A stretch of DNA of 64,000 nt from a virus, in the UHGV virus genome UHGV-0385297, one strand, 5' to 3'. The translations under genes were made by a program, and so were the position numbers. Positions 1 through 8,945 of the stretch are shown here, piece after piece; within the stretch, counting starts at the first letter, position 1; each line of letters starts with the position of its first letter. The notes beneath the pieces were generated by a model that worked only from the letters and a program-made list of their open reading frames with translations, had not been told where the DNA came from and ran no database searches.

Positions 1-136
1 AATACATTGTATACAAACTGGCTGAACTTCTATGTATATCAGATGACACCGTATCTGCTGGATGATGGGGAGTAGGAAGTGGCTTAATTACTAGGGTTTT
101 CGATTATTTTAGTAATTACTCCTAAAATATTATATA

Positions 137-163
137 TGGCATATCTTGGCATAATATGGCATA
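137..163. repeat. 3 direct copies of TGGCATA at exact 10-bp phasing (137-143, 147-153, 157-163)
   Basis: Read directly: ATATGGCATA TCTTGGCATA ATATGGCATA. One helical turn apart, which suggests phased protein-binding sites. Confidence 0.6.
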
Positions 164-176
164 GTTTGGTGACTTG

Positions 177-276
177 ATGGGGTCAAAATGGGGTCAAAGA
201 AATAGTCAATGGGGTCAAAATATAATTGATGGGGTCAACAAAAATTTTGAGGTTTTGCACCTAACAATGGGGATAA
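177..276. repeat. 4 perfect copies of ATGGGGTCAA (177, 188, 209, 229) plus a degenerate copy ATGGGGATAA (267)
   Basis: Read directly. The spacings of 11, 21, 20 and 38 bp are close to multiples of 10.5. This looks like an iteron or operator array, or an integrase arm site. Confidence 0.6.
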
Positions 277-395
277 AATTATACTTGCTATAAATAAGGA
301 CATAATTATATATTGTGTGTTTATTTATCCACAAAATCATAAAAAAGAACATGTCCGGGATAAAATATTTCGGGCATTTCTTTTATATCTTGACC

Positions 396-438
396 AGAAC
401 AAACGTTTGTGCTAAAATAAAAGCAGAACAAACGTTCT
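396..438 (+). promoter_or_regulatory. Two Cheo-type LexA boxes upstream of lexA: AGAACAAACGTTTG (396-410, imperfect) and GAACAAACGTTC (426-437, perfect GAAC-N4-GTTC)
   Basis: The Gram-positive LexA operator consensus is CGAACN4GTTCG. The site at 426-437 is a perfect GAAC-N4-GTTC palindrome. Both sit just upstream of the lexA start, consistent with autoregulation. Confidence 0.65.
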
Positions 439-458
439 TTGGAAAGAGGACTTATATT

Positions 459-1070
459 ATGTTAAAAACAGATGTAAAAAAGGCAAAGGCACAAGAAATA
501 TTAAATTATATAAAGAGTAAACGAGATAGAAGTTATCCACCCTCAATACGTGAAATTGGTGCTGCAGTAGGATTAAAATCTCCATCTACTGTAAAAGGAT
601 ATTTAGATGATCTAATTAAAGCTGGTCTTATCCACCGTGATCCATCCATCCCAAGAGGAATAGAAGTTATAGATTCGAAAGAGTCACATCAGGGAATAAT
701 CCAAGTTCCTTTGATCGGTACTGTGGCAGCAGGTATACCTATCCTGGCTGTCCAGAATATAGAAGAATATATACCATTTTCTTCCAGCATGTTACATGGC
801 TTGGAACATTGCTATGCGCTCCGTGTAAAAGGTGAAAGTATGATCAATGCAGGTATCCTTCCAGACGATATTCTTTTGGTTAATCAGCAACCCACTGTAG
901 AGAATGGTGAGATAGCAGTAGCTTTAGTGGATGACTCTGCCACAGTAAAGCGTTTTTATAAAGAAAATGGATATTATCGTTTACAGCCTGAGAATGATAG
1001 CATGGATCCGATCATAGTCGATCATGTTGATATTCTTGGGAAAGTGATAGGGTTGTACCGCCGCATATAG
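459..1070 (+). CDS. lexA: LexA repressor (winged-helix N-terminus plus S24 peptidase C-terminus). The ORF-track start at 315 is an upstream extension. An ATG at 459 follows the RBS GGAAAGAGGA.
   Basis: N-terminal winged-helix region PPSIREIGAAVGLKSPSTVKGYLDDLIKAGLI. AG cleavage site in VAAGIP. Catalytic motifs RVKGESM (Ser) and VKRFYKENG (Lys). Length 203 aa, typical of LexA. Confidence 0.85.
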   Translation: MLKTDVKKAKAQEILNYIKSKRDRSYPPSIREIGAAVGLKSPSTVKGYLDDLIKAGLIHRDPSIPRGIEVIDSKESHQGIIQVPLIGTVAAGIPILAVQNIEEYIPFSSSMLHGLEHCYALRVKGESMINAGILPDDILLVNQQPTVENGEIAVALVDDSATVKRFYKENGYYRLQPENDSMDPIIVDHVDILGKVIGLYRRI

Positions 1071-1147
1071 TTCAGTTGCATATAGTCACTATAATGATAA
1101 TTGCCATGATTGTAAATCCATGTTAAAATAAACAAGGGTGAAATGAG

Positions 1148-1465
1148 ATGGTCTATGAATTAACATTACAGTCAGTACAAATTAAAACAACCATATTTGA
1201 AACACCGGCTAAACTGATCAACTACAAGGAATTATCTTGTGCGGTAGGAATGGCTCAAAAGCAGGCTGGGCTTCCTATGGATCAGCTAGTAGAGATCGGT
1301 ACAAATATGAAAGATTTTAAAGAAAAAAGCATGGTTTTATTTCAGAACAAGGATATCAACGAAAAAATAAGATTTGTAATCGAGAGTTACATTCTAAAAC
1401 CTGACGAAGTATTTGACCAGGACGCACTGATCACAATGCAGTTAGGTTACGATTCAATCAAATGA
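1148..1465 (+). CDS. hypothetical protein (105 aa) downstream of lexA
   Basis: ORF with RBS AAGGGTGA. No recognisable motif. Confidence 0.4.
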   Translation: MVYELTLQSVQIKTTIFETPAKLINYKELSCAVGMAQKQAGLPMDQLVEIGTNMKDFKEKSMVLFQNKDINEKIRFVIESYILKPDEVFDQDALITMQLGYDSIK

Positions 1466-1482
1466 GAAGAGGAGAAGTTATA

Positions 1483-1635
1483 ATGGAGAAAGGCTTATAT
1501 AGCTTAGATAATAACGTACTACAGGAAAGAATTAGCCGCTTAGAAAAGTTGGTTGATAAAGAAACTGACCCTGTAGCTTTGAAGACCTTACAGCTCGAAT
1601 TAGAGCGTCAAAAAGCCTTTGTAGAGAGTATATAG
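1483..1635 (+). CDS. small coiled-coil protein (50 aa; MEKGLYSLDNNVLQERISRLEKLVDK...)
   Basis: ATG at 1483 preceded by RBS GAAGAGGAGAAG. TAG stop at 1633. Not in the ORF track because it is under 60 aa. Confidence 0.35.
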   Translation: MEKGLYSLDNNVLQERISRLEKLVDKETDPVALKTLQLELERQKAFVESI

Positions 1636-1644
1636 TCTAATATC

Positions 1645-1687
1645 AAAAAATCGTAAAAAATAGGGATACCGTTAATTTGGTATCCCT
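1645..1687 (-). terminator. bidirectional intrinsic terminator (stem AGGGATACC / GGTATCCCT, 1662-1687). On the minus strand it is followed by a T-run (1645-1661 on the plus strand).
   Basis: Hairpin read directly. On the minus strand it lies immediately after the toxN C-terminal stop at 1694-1696. Confidence 0.6.
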
Positions 1688-1696
1688 AAAATTTTA

Positions 1697-2229
1697 TTCT
1701 TCTGTGTCGATTTCTTCTTTAATAAGTATATTCTTTTTTGATAACCATTCATCTAATCCTTTCTCAAGTTCTAAAAATTTACAACAAACATCATAGAACC
1801 GATTAGTAGGATTAGTTCCAAATGAATATACGGTTTCCGCTCTTTTACGAATACGATCTAAATTATTTTTACAAAAGTATATTCTGAGTCAACAAGATCA
1901 GTATAATTAGATCCTTTTGTTTTTCTTAACCAAGCAAGGTCTAATTTAGTTAAATCTGCATCATCAACTGGAATCATATAAGCAAAACGTAAACTTCCAA
2001 GGATACGAGATTGATTCCCTTTTGTATCTAAAGCTTCTTTTATTGGCATAGATGTAGCATTTTTAACTTTTTTGGAAGATACTGGAACATAATAATTTTT
2101 ATCATTTACTGTTATCAAAACACCAAAAAAGAATTTATCATGTTCATCATATTCATAATTAGGCACTTGCTTATCATACAACTTCAAATGTTTTAAATAA
2201 TCAAAATCAACTGTGTAAAAAGCACACAT
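1697..2229 (-). pseudogene. toxN: ToxN/AbiQ-family type III toxin (endoribonuclease), frame-shifted. Frame A is 1858..2229 (123 aa). The C-terminal 64 codons continue in another frame (1697..1888). The shift maps to the A5 run at 1866-1870.
   Basis: FYTVDFDYLKHLKLYDKQVPN...KFFFGVLITVNDKNYYVPVSSKK and MIPVDDADLTKLDL match my recollection of the ToxN/AbiQ N-terminal and central motifs. The second frame, RIRKRAETVYSFGTNPTNRFYDVCCKFLELEKGL..., resembles the ToxN C-terminus. The joined length of about 178 aa matches full-length ToxN. Confidence 0.6.
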
Positions 2230-2250
2230 ATACTATTTCTCCTTTGTATT

Positions 2251-2279
2251 AAAAAAGAGCGCCTGTAAACGCTCTTTTT
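2251..2279 (-). terminator. intrinsic terminator between the repeat array and toxN (stem AAAAAGAGCG / CGCTCTTTTT, with a U-run on the minus strand)
   Basis: Read directly. A terminator between antitoxin repeats and toxin is the canonical type III TA layout. Confidence 0.6.
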
Positions 2280-2357
2280 ATTAAACCCCTCTATTGTTCG
2301 CCGAGGAAGGCATCGCATTAAACCCCTCTATTGTTCGCCGAGGAAGGCATCGCATTA
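2280..2357 (-). ncRNA. toxI: candidate type III antitoxin RNA (toxI/antiQ-like): 2 perfect tandem 37-nt repeats (2280-2316, 2317-2353) plus a 4-nt partial third copy
   Basis: The unit ATTAAACCCCTCTATTGTTCGCCGAGGAAGGCATCGC is repeated exactly. The repeats lie between a promoter and the terminator upstream of toxN on the same strand. Confidence 0.55.
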
Positions 2358-2368
2358 ATTACACTTAT

Positions 2369-2397
2369 ATTATATGCGACAATACAAAGAAAATCAA
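2369..2397 (-). promoter_or_regulatory. sigma-A-type promoter on the minus strand: -35 TTGATT (2392-2397), 17-bp spacer, -10 TATAAT (2369-2374). It drives the toxI repeats and toxN.
   Basis: Read directly from the reverse complement. Confidence 0.5.
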
Positions 2398-2451
2398 TAG
2401 TAAATTATGTATTCATAAGAAATAAATAGCTGAGTGGCGATCCAGCATTTT

Positions 2452-2646
2452 CTACTCAAACCATATGGTTTTCTGGTGACAGCCGCCTGTTCTGTCCTTA
2501 TTTATTTCTATGATGTGTTTATTTTTAGATCTTTCTTCCAGAATCTCAGCATATAGTTTCTGTTTAGCATTTCTCAATTCTTCCACGGACATTTTAAGAT
2601 ATTCTGGTGGAATATGAACTTTGTCATTTTCACAAACACAGATCAT
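2452..2646 (-). CDS. hypothetical protein (64 aa)
   Basis: ORF downstream of the lysis genes. No motif found. Confidence 0.3.
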   Translation of the reverse strand: MICVCENDKVHIPPEYLKMSVEELRNAKQKLYAEILEERSKNKHIIEINKDRTGGCHQKTIWFE

Positions 2647-2676
2647 TCCTTGTCTCCTACATAATTTCTTATATAG

Positions 2677-3216
2677 TTATTCTCTCCTTTCTCCGTGAAG
2701 AACTTCCTGATATTTTTCTCGAATAAATTCCATAGACTGTTCCACAACACCATTAGTCATATCATGATCCTGTAAGATTTTCTCATACTTATCATAAGTC
2801 TTAATAACATTCTCATATTGCTCAATATGACATTTCTTTCCATTGGCGACAGAATTAGAAAAATCAAGTATCTGCCAACGCATACGTTCAATCTTTTCAT
2901 CCAGTGCTTCTTTCTGCATAGCGTCTATGGCATCTGCGATTTTACTGATACTTTCCTGCAATGCCTTTTGGATCTCAAATGACTGCTCTCTGTCATGAAT
3001 TCTATTCTGTTCAAACTGATCGATTCTCTTTTTGCTATCCTCGATTGTTTCCAGTAATTCTTCCCTGTTTTTCCTATAATTATAGAAATAGTCCAAGATG
3101 GCAATCACCTTACCCCAATGTGAGATAACAAAAGTGATTACCATTCCGATTAAAATATATACTATGATAGCGCCTGGTTCATTTGCACCAAGCAACTGAT
3201 TTAAAAGCTCATCCAT
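2677..3216 (-). CDS. single-pass membrane plus coiled-coil protein (179 aa). Possible holin or lysis-associated protein.
   Basis: N-terminal TM segment AIIVYILIGMVITFVISHW followed by a long charged coiled coil. It sits immediately next to the endolysin. Only loosely like a type III holin. Confidence 0.3.
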   Translation of the reverse strand: MDELLNQLLGANEPGAIIVYILIGMVITFVISHWGKVIAILDYFYNYRKNREELLETIEDSKKRIDQFEQNRIHDREQSFEIQKALQESISKIADAIDAMQKEALDEKIERMRWQILDFSNSVANGKKCHIEQYENVIKTYDKYEKILQDHDMTNGVVEQSMEFIREKYQEVLHGERRE

Positions 3217-3243
3217 ACATTCCTCCCTCCAAAATATTAATTT

Positions 3244-4161
3244 TTAGATTACCAATCTATATTTTCTAAGATCAGGGTTCTCCGTATCCCACTGTGGCTC
3301 ATAGATACCTACAGCATTAAGCCAATAATACTTCTTGGATTTCGGGTCTTTGGATTTTACGTAGCAGGAAGTTGCCATGATGTTATCAGAATCGAAATAG
3401 TAGTCATTGCCCTTATAAGACAGCCAGGAACTCTTTAGGGCATAGCAGTCAGCACCGAAATAATACCAATGATTTTTATACTGATACCAGTTGTCATGGA
3501 CGGCAATGCCAGCACCATCAAAGAAACACCAACCAGTACCATCATTGTACCAATCATTCTTTACACACTCACCAGTATCGCCAAGATAGAATTTCCATCC
3601 GGTATCTTCCTTAACCCAACCTGATTTCTTGACAGTAGGAGAGGAGATTGCTTTCTTAAAATATTCCCATGTATACTTACCTGAGTTGTATACAAATGGA
3701 TTTGGGCAGATCTTACCAGTCACATCATAATGTCTGATCACATGATCAGGGGCAATATGATATTTCTCCATAAGAACTTTGGTCAATTCAATAGCAGCCA
3801 TGACTGTCTTATCTTCAAAGTACCAATCTCTTGATGTATCTGCCAGACTACCATGATTTCTTACACATAGCTCAATGCCAATACTATTTGCATTCCTACA
3901 TTCTGGATGTACATATTTCTTAGCACCACAATGCCATGCAATGTTTTTATCTTCAACAGACTGCCAGATAGACCCATCAAAATCTACATAATAATGGGCG
4001 CTGGCAGAACGATTTCCACCAGCATACCACTGACAATTTGCTTTTGCTCCTCCTAACGCTCCAACATAATGAATGACGATGTACTTTATTCGAGATACAT
4101 CGCCATTTGTATGATTATATGGAGTAAGGAGCTTATTTACTGTATTTAAAATATTACTCAT
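3244..4161 (-). CDS. endolysin: N-acetylmuramoyl-L-alanine amidase (Amidase_2/PGRP) plus C-terminal cell-wall-binding repeats
   Basis: IVIHYVGALGGAKANCQWYAG...SAHYYVD...NIAWHCG...NSIGIELC is an Amidase_2 signature. The C-terminus carries repeated GW/WYY motifs (GWKFY, NDWYNDGTGWCFF, NHWYYFGAD, NDYYFD) of CW_binding type. Confidence 0.8.
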   Translation of the reverse strand: MSNILNTVNKLLTPYNHTNGDVSRIKYIVIHYVGALGGAKANCQWYAGGNRSASAHYYVDFDGSIWQSVEDKNIAWHCGAKKYVHPECRNANSIGIELCVRNHGSLADTSRDWYFEDKTVMAAIELTKVLMEKYHIAPDHVIRHYDVTGKICPNPFVYNSGKYTWEYFKKAISSPTVKKSGWVKEDTGWKFYLGDTGECVKNDWYNDGTGWCFFDGAGIAVHDNWYQYKNHWYYFGADCYALKSSWLSYKGNDYYFDSDNIMATSCYVKSKDPKSKKYYWLNAVGIYEPQWDTENPDLRKYRLVI

Positions 4162-4177
4162 TTAAATGATCCTTTCT

Positions 4178-7100
4178 TTATACACCTTTAAGTCCAACTG
4201 TAATATCAATAGCAGGTTTACTATAAACAGAGAATCTAACACGATCATTAGCTGTTGTGCCGGTTCCTGAACAAATAATACCAAAAGCTTTATTATAAGC
4301 TTTCTGTGTATCAGGAGTTGCACCTGCAGCTAACATACTTACCATTACCGGATTATCATCTTCTGTAATTCCGTCTACTTTTACTGCCTGAGTATACGGT
4401 GCAGTTGTACCTGTCCAACCTGCCGCAGTAAGAGTTACGGATTTAATAGAATTTTGTCTATCTACATATCCTTTTGTGGCAACATCACTGTCAGAAGATG
4501 GTTCTTTTACCCCTGTAACAGTTGCTTTACCATTAAATACAATGTTTCCCGTTACAGGGGTGTCTTCCCAAGTACCATAAACAGGAATAAGCCCTTGTAA
4601 TTCCTCAACTAAGTCATTTGACCAATTTTCCAAAGTGCTATCTATATAGTTTTTATTGACTGCATCACCGTCTTGAACAGGCGTTCCCACGCCACGTATA
4701 ATCCAGTCACTTGATGAACCACCTAAATAAATCATTTGTTTATTCTTTTGAGGATAAAATGTAACATCTAAAGCTCCTGATGTTTCGGCATCTCCAGTTT
4801 CTAAATTAGTAGTAAAACTACTAGGAGTAAGTTCGGTTGTGCGTGTACCACTAGAACTTGAAGTTATAAGTCGCGAACCCGAAGGAGTATACCCCGCAAG
4901 ATACGTGTTGCCATTATCTGTACTACTTTGAATAATCGCACCAGTCATTGGATTATCTTTCGTAGTACCTTCCATTGGCACAAACCCACTGATCGTAGCC
5001 GTTCCAGTCTTATTATCGCCCTTAGTATAGGTAATAGTCTTTCCGCTTGCACTCAATCCTTTGATATAAGTAGTATTGATCTGCTGGTTTGCACTGTCTT
5101 TTGTTGCTTTTTCTGCAGAAGTCGCAGAACCGGAAGTATTAGCATATTTGACTGTACCTACGTCTACACCAGTTATAGTGCTTGTATACGCTTGATTGTG
5201 TAATTTTGTACCTGCATCAGCAACAGACGTATAAACCTCGTAAGAAGTTTTTTTGTCTGTAGTGGTGGTGTTATTTGTTTCAGAAGAATTGATAAATGTC
5301 CATGTTCTACCAATATTTCCTCTTGAACCTGATCCTAAATTTCTAATTGTGGTAGACCAATAAGTTCCTACAGTTTTGAAAAATGCATCTGCATAAGTAG
5401 AGCCGTCTTTTGTATACAAGCCAATCTGAACAGAATCTGCCGCAAGATCATAACGAACAAGCCATTCTACGGATGCCAAAGAAAGATCTTTGTTAGACTG
5501 GTTATTAGTACGTAAAACAATACGACAAATACCCCATCCACCGCCATTAAAATCTTGTGTAATTAAAAGATTGGTTACACGATCCTGATAACTGTCGGTT
5601 AAAGTATCTAATTTTGCAAACCTATGATACGGATAATTGTTTGCATTAGCAACAGCTATAATTGCATTATAAGCCCTCAACTGAGTGGATACATTTCCTG
5701 ATCCATCAAAGTTGAAGTTCATGATATAATCATCATTTGCTGCAATATTTCTCGCAGTTGCCAACTTAGTAGCGCTGTTTGCAACTCCACCTGCGGACGA
5801 ACTTCCAGCATAATTATGTGTATGTCCAACATCAGACTTGTTATCTAATAAGCTGTATACATAATCTACTAAGTTTGTGCCATCGTAATAGTAAACAGGA
5901 TGCTGAGATGTAAGACAAAGCTGATAAGCCGTGCTATATGTATTACCAAGATAAATATAATATTTACCCTTCGTAAAGGTCTGAGTAATACAAGTGGATG
6001 TTACCTGAAAATATCTATCAGAAGAAAGAGTACATTCAAGATAGATTGGTGCATTTGCAGTAAACTGAGTTGTTGTGCAGTTGGTAGAATATCTTAAGTC
6101 TGCAATACACCGAATCTGCCACACACTATAAGTGGAGGGAACTAAATTTCCATTAGTTGCATCATTATTCGCACCATAATAATAGATCGTTGCTGGTAAT
6201 CTGAATTTTGTAGAAGTATTAATAGTCTTAGAAGTGCCTGTACTACTAGAAGTAACAAAAGACTGCCATTTTCCTGTACTATCTAATGCAACAAGAGTGT
6301 ATCTCCAAATGCCATTTGTACCGGCATAAATTCGACCATTACCAAGAGAAATATCAGTGGTATTAGTTGAGTCGAAAGAAGATACATTCCACCAACCAGA
6401 ATAAGTTGTACCGCTGATAACGGCAGCAGTTCTGTAAACAAGTCGAATAACATATCCTGTACTGTAGTGAGTTGTTAATCTAGTGGTGCCCATATAATAC
6501 ATATTCTTTGCACCTGTAGTCGTTCCATCATCCAAAGTAAGATTTAATGTATCACCCGCACTTGTACCTGTGAATGGCACCCAATAATCAATTAACAGTC
6601 CATCATAAAGAGCGGAAACGCCTGATAACTTGCCTGTCCATGCATTGGTAGTAGTAGTATGCGTTCCAACTACGAAAAGTGCTCCTTTATCTTTGGCGGC
6701 TTTAGTATCTAATGCAGCCTGGACAATCTTATTTTGAACAGGGTTTGTTGAACTACTGGACATTACAGAGTCAACAGTGATTTTATTAGCACCTTCAGCA
6801 ATTCCATCCAGTTTCTTTTTGTCATTAACAGACATAAGGCCATGAGCTGACTGTGTTGCATCACTATATGTAGTGTCAGGTGGAACCTGCCATGTGCCAT
6901 CAGATCTAAGATATCGAGTGGCAGCACCTGCTACAGGAGCCGGAACTAAACCTGCCTTACCCGCAGCAGAAGTAGTAGCACCTGTCATGTTTCCATAGGT
7001 AGTGTTGGTATCAGTGTTGATATCACCAACCAGTGCATAATCAGTGCCATCGTAGATAAATTCATAAATTCTATTTGCTGCTAAAGCATCTGTACTGATC

Positions 7101-8878
7101 GCTGCACCACGATACTTAATTGACTTTGCTCCGGTACCATTTACGTTCAATGTAGGGTTAGCGGCAGTATTTGTAACGGTGAACTTTACTGCGACCTTTG
7201 CACCTGTAGCAAGATTAAAACCATTTAAGGTTACTGTTTTAGCAGCAGTAGCGGCAGCTGTTGAACATGTTCCATAATGAGTGATGTCAGCAGATCCATC
7301 GAAGTTTACACCGTCTACTTTGCGAATAGTCTGTAATTTTGTAGCTGAACCTGCATTACCTGATACATTAGTAGTGAGCATCTGTGTATTTGGTGTGTAT
7401 TTTAAATTATCACTGGATGCTCTTTTTGTCTCATCAGTTGAATTAGAGAACCAGACATGACGGGCTGCACCATCAGATGCAGTTCCGCTATTTTCTACAG
7501 CAGATGCCAGTGTAGCTTTGTTGGCAGTTGTTGCAGTGGTAGCGCTGTCAGCCTTGGTAGCAGATGTGGCTTTAGTTGCTGTATCGGCGTTACCTTTAAA
7601 ATTATTAGCATAGACAGCGTTCCATTTATGGCTAGAGTCTCCTAAATTAATCACATTAGATTGGTGTGGATACACATTTCCATATAATTCTCCGCCACCT
7701 TTATTTAGAACAGTGCCTTCAAGTCCTCCGACTAAACCTGTAATGGCAATCTGGGTGATAGCAGTCCACTCGGTATTATCATTACGATTATAAAAACTTA
7801 GTCTGATGGATCTTTTCTTGCCGTCCATACCTTTATGTGGATAAATTGTAACTACTGAACCACATGCACCAGAAATACTACCTTCTGTCTGCCAGTTCTC
7901 TTTATTGACATCACCTGCTTCAACAAGTAAGTCTCGAACCGTTTGTCCAGATGATCTAAAATAAATTGAATATCCAGTTTCATAATCTGCTGTTTCAGGC
8001 AATACAACTTCTACTTGAATCAGAATTTTTCGCAAGATGGCGCAACCTGAATATGTGTTTGTTGACCTCCTATAATTATCATACCAAATACTAGGATTCT
8101 CCAATGGATTTTTTCCAGTATTATCGGACAAGGCTTTAAACAATAAGTATGAATGTATATTTCCGTTATTCAACAATACAACAAAATCACCTTTTTTATA
8201 TTGCTTCGTTGAATCCCACGCAATTTGTTTTATATCGCAATAATCTTGAATACTTTCAAATCGAAGATATGTACTAGATTTGCCATCGAACAGTTGTTCA
8301 ATTGAACCTTGGTATATTGGTAATTCAAATCCATCAAATTTTACGCAACCTGAACCACCACGATGAATCGCATAACCCATACCGTTAATGCTTGGATTGA
8401 CAGAAATAGAATCATCAGAGTTTATAATAGAATTTATACCATTTTTAACTCTATTGATGACTTTTGTATTGTCGGTTACTGTATTTTTCAGCAGATTGAA
8501 ATCTTCAATTTTGGTGTATACCGAATTTGCTTTTGATTTAATATACTCCCAAAGTGCAGACATAGGACGGCGTTGGTAAGTTGTGGTGGTTGTTCCACCA
8601 CCTACATATTGTGATATATAATAATCATTATCTTTCGGAATAGAACCATTTGCATTTAACTTATTAATCATTTCGCTTAAATCATGTTCATGCCAAGCTG
8701 GTTTTGCCACATCATATTCCAAATCCGCCCAATGAGCTGTACCATCACCTGTCTTAGTCTGTCTTATATCAGAAGAGTAAGCAATCTCACCTTTAAGCAG
8801 AATAGGATTAGCATTAGCCCATTCCGCATCAGTTTTATAGGCATGTCGCACCCTTGCTTTTAAAATATTGTCTGCCAT
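4178..8878 (-). CDS. tail fibre / receptor-binding protein (1566 aa), paralogous in part to the upstream 1105-aa fibre
   Basis: Thr/Ser/Gly-rich fibrous protein. It shares a module of about 110 aa with 8946..12263 (VDGVNFDG...KFTVTNTAA.PTLNVNGTGAK.IKYR...DGTDY..GDINTDTNTTY). Its C-terminal domain of about 90 aa is shared with 26879..27799 (...QKAYNKAF...GLKGV). Confidence 0.7.
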   Translation of the reverse strand: MADNILKARVRHAYKTDAEWANANPILLKGEIAYSSDIRQTKTGDGTAHWADLEYDVAKPAWHEHDLSEMINKLNANGSIPKDNDYYISQYVGGGTTTTTYQRRPMSALWEYIKSKANSVYTKIEDFNLLKNTVTDNTKVINRVKNGINSIINSDDSISVNPSINGMGYAIHRGGSGCVKFDGFELPIYQGSIEQLFDGKSSTYLRFESIQDYCDIKQIAWDSTKQYKKGDFVVLLNNGNIHSYLLFKALSDNTGKNPLENPSIWYDNYRRSTNTYSGCAILRKILIQVEVVLPETADYETGYSIYFRSSGQTVRDLLVEAGDVNKENWQTEGSISGACGSVVTIYPHKGMDGKKRSIRLSFYNRNDNTEWTAITQIAITGLVGGLEGTVLNKGGGELYGNVYPHQSNVINLGDSSHKWNAVYANNFKGNADTATKATSATKADSATTATTANKATLASAVENSGTASDGAARHVWFSNSTDETKRASSDNLKYTPNTQMLTTNVSGNAGSATKLQTIRKVDGVNFDGSADITHYGTCSTAAATAAKTVTLNGFNLATGAKVAVKFTVTNTAANPTLNVNGTGAKSIKYRGAAISTDALAANRIYEFIYDGTDYALVGDINTDTNTTYGNMTGATTSAAGKAGLVPAPVAGAATRYLRSDGTWQVPPDTTYSDATQSAHGLMSVNDKKKLDGIAEGANKITVDSVMSSSSTNPVQNKIVQAALDTKAAKDKGALFVVGTHTTTTNAWTGKLSGVSALYDGLLIDYWVPFTGTSAGDTLNLTLDDGTTTGAKNMYYMGTTRLTTHYSTGYVIRLVYRTAAVISGTTYSGWWNVSSFDSTNTTDISLGNGRIYAGTNGIWRYTLVALDSTGKWQSFVTSSSTGTSKTINTSTKFRLPATIYYYGANNDATNGNLVPSTYSVWQIRCIADLRYSTNCTTTQFTANAPIYLECTLSSDRYFQVTSTCITQTFTKGKYYIYLGNTYSTAYQLCLTSQHPVYYYDGTNLVDYVYSLLDNKSDVGHTHNYAGSSSAGGVANSATKLATARNIAANDDYIMNFNFDGSGNVSTQLRAYNAIIAVANANNYPYHRFAKLDTLTDSYQDRVTNLLITQDFNGGGWGICRIVLRTNNQSNKDLSLASVEWLVRYDLAADSVQIGLYTKDGSTYADAFFKTVGTYWSTTIRNLGSGSRGNIGRTWTFINSSETNNTTTTDKKTSYEVYTSVADAGTKLHNQAYTSTITGVDVGTVKYANTSGSATSAEKATKDSANQQINTTYIKGLSASGKTITYTKGDNKTGTATISGFVPMEGTTKDNPMTGAIIQSSTDNGNTYLAGYTPSGSRLITSSSSGTRTTELTPSSFTTNLETGDAETSGALDVTFYPQKNKQMIYLGGSSSDWIIRGVGTPVQDGDAVNKNYIDSTLENWSNDLVEELQGLIPVYGTWEDTPVTGNIVFNGKATVTGVKEPSSDSDVATKGYVDRQNSIKSVTLTAAGWTGTTAPYTQAVKVDGITEDDNPVMVSMLAAGATPDTQKAYNKAFGIICSGTGTTANDRVRFSVYSKPAIDITVGLKGV

Positions 8879-8902
8879 TTATATTCTCCTTTCACATTAA
8901 TT

Positions 8903-8938
8903 GAAAAATCTCCGACAAGCTTTGACTCTCATCGGAGA
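8903..8938 (-). terminator. intrinsic terminator between the two fibre genes (stem TCTCCGA / TCGGAGA, followed by a T-run on the minus strand)
   Basis: Read directly. It is followed by RBS GAAAGGAGAA and the start of the 1566-aa gene. Confidence 0.5.
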
Positions 8939-8945
8939 TAGTATC

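Noticed and set aside
325-333. Perfect DnaA-box 9-mer TTATCCACA upstream of lexA
   Set aside because: It is a single copy. A given 9-mer is expected about 0.5 times by chance in 64 kb on both strands, and there is no cluster or AT-rich unwinding element.
315-458. N-terminal 48 codons of the 315..1070 ORF
   Set aside because: The upstream extension overlaps the LexA operators and promoter and lacks an RBS. The ATG at 459 has an RBS and yields a canonical LexA of about 203 aa.
459-1070. LexA-like protein considered as the prophage CI-type repressor
   Set aside because: Its size, the complete LexA architecture and the Cheo-box autoregulation fit the host SOS repressor better. The phage lysogeny module would be expected at the other end, beyond 64 kb. 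A phage-borne lexA homologue cannot be excluded.
2280-2357. Tandem 37-bp repeats considered as a CRISPR array
   Set aside because: There are only two identical units, no spacers and no cas genes. The promoter-repeats-terminator-toxN context fits a type III antitoxin RNA instead.
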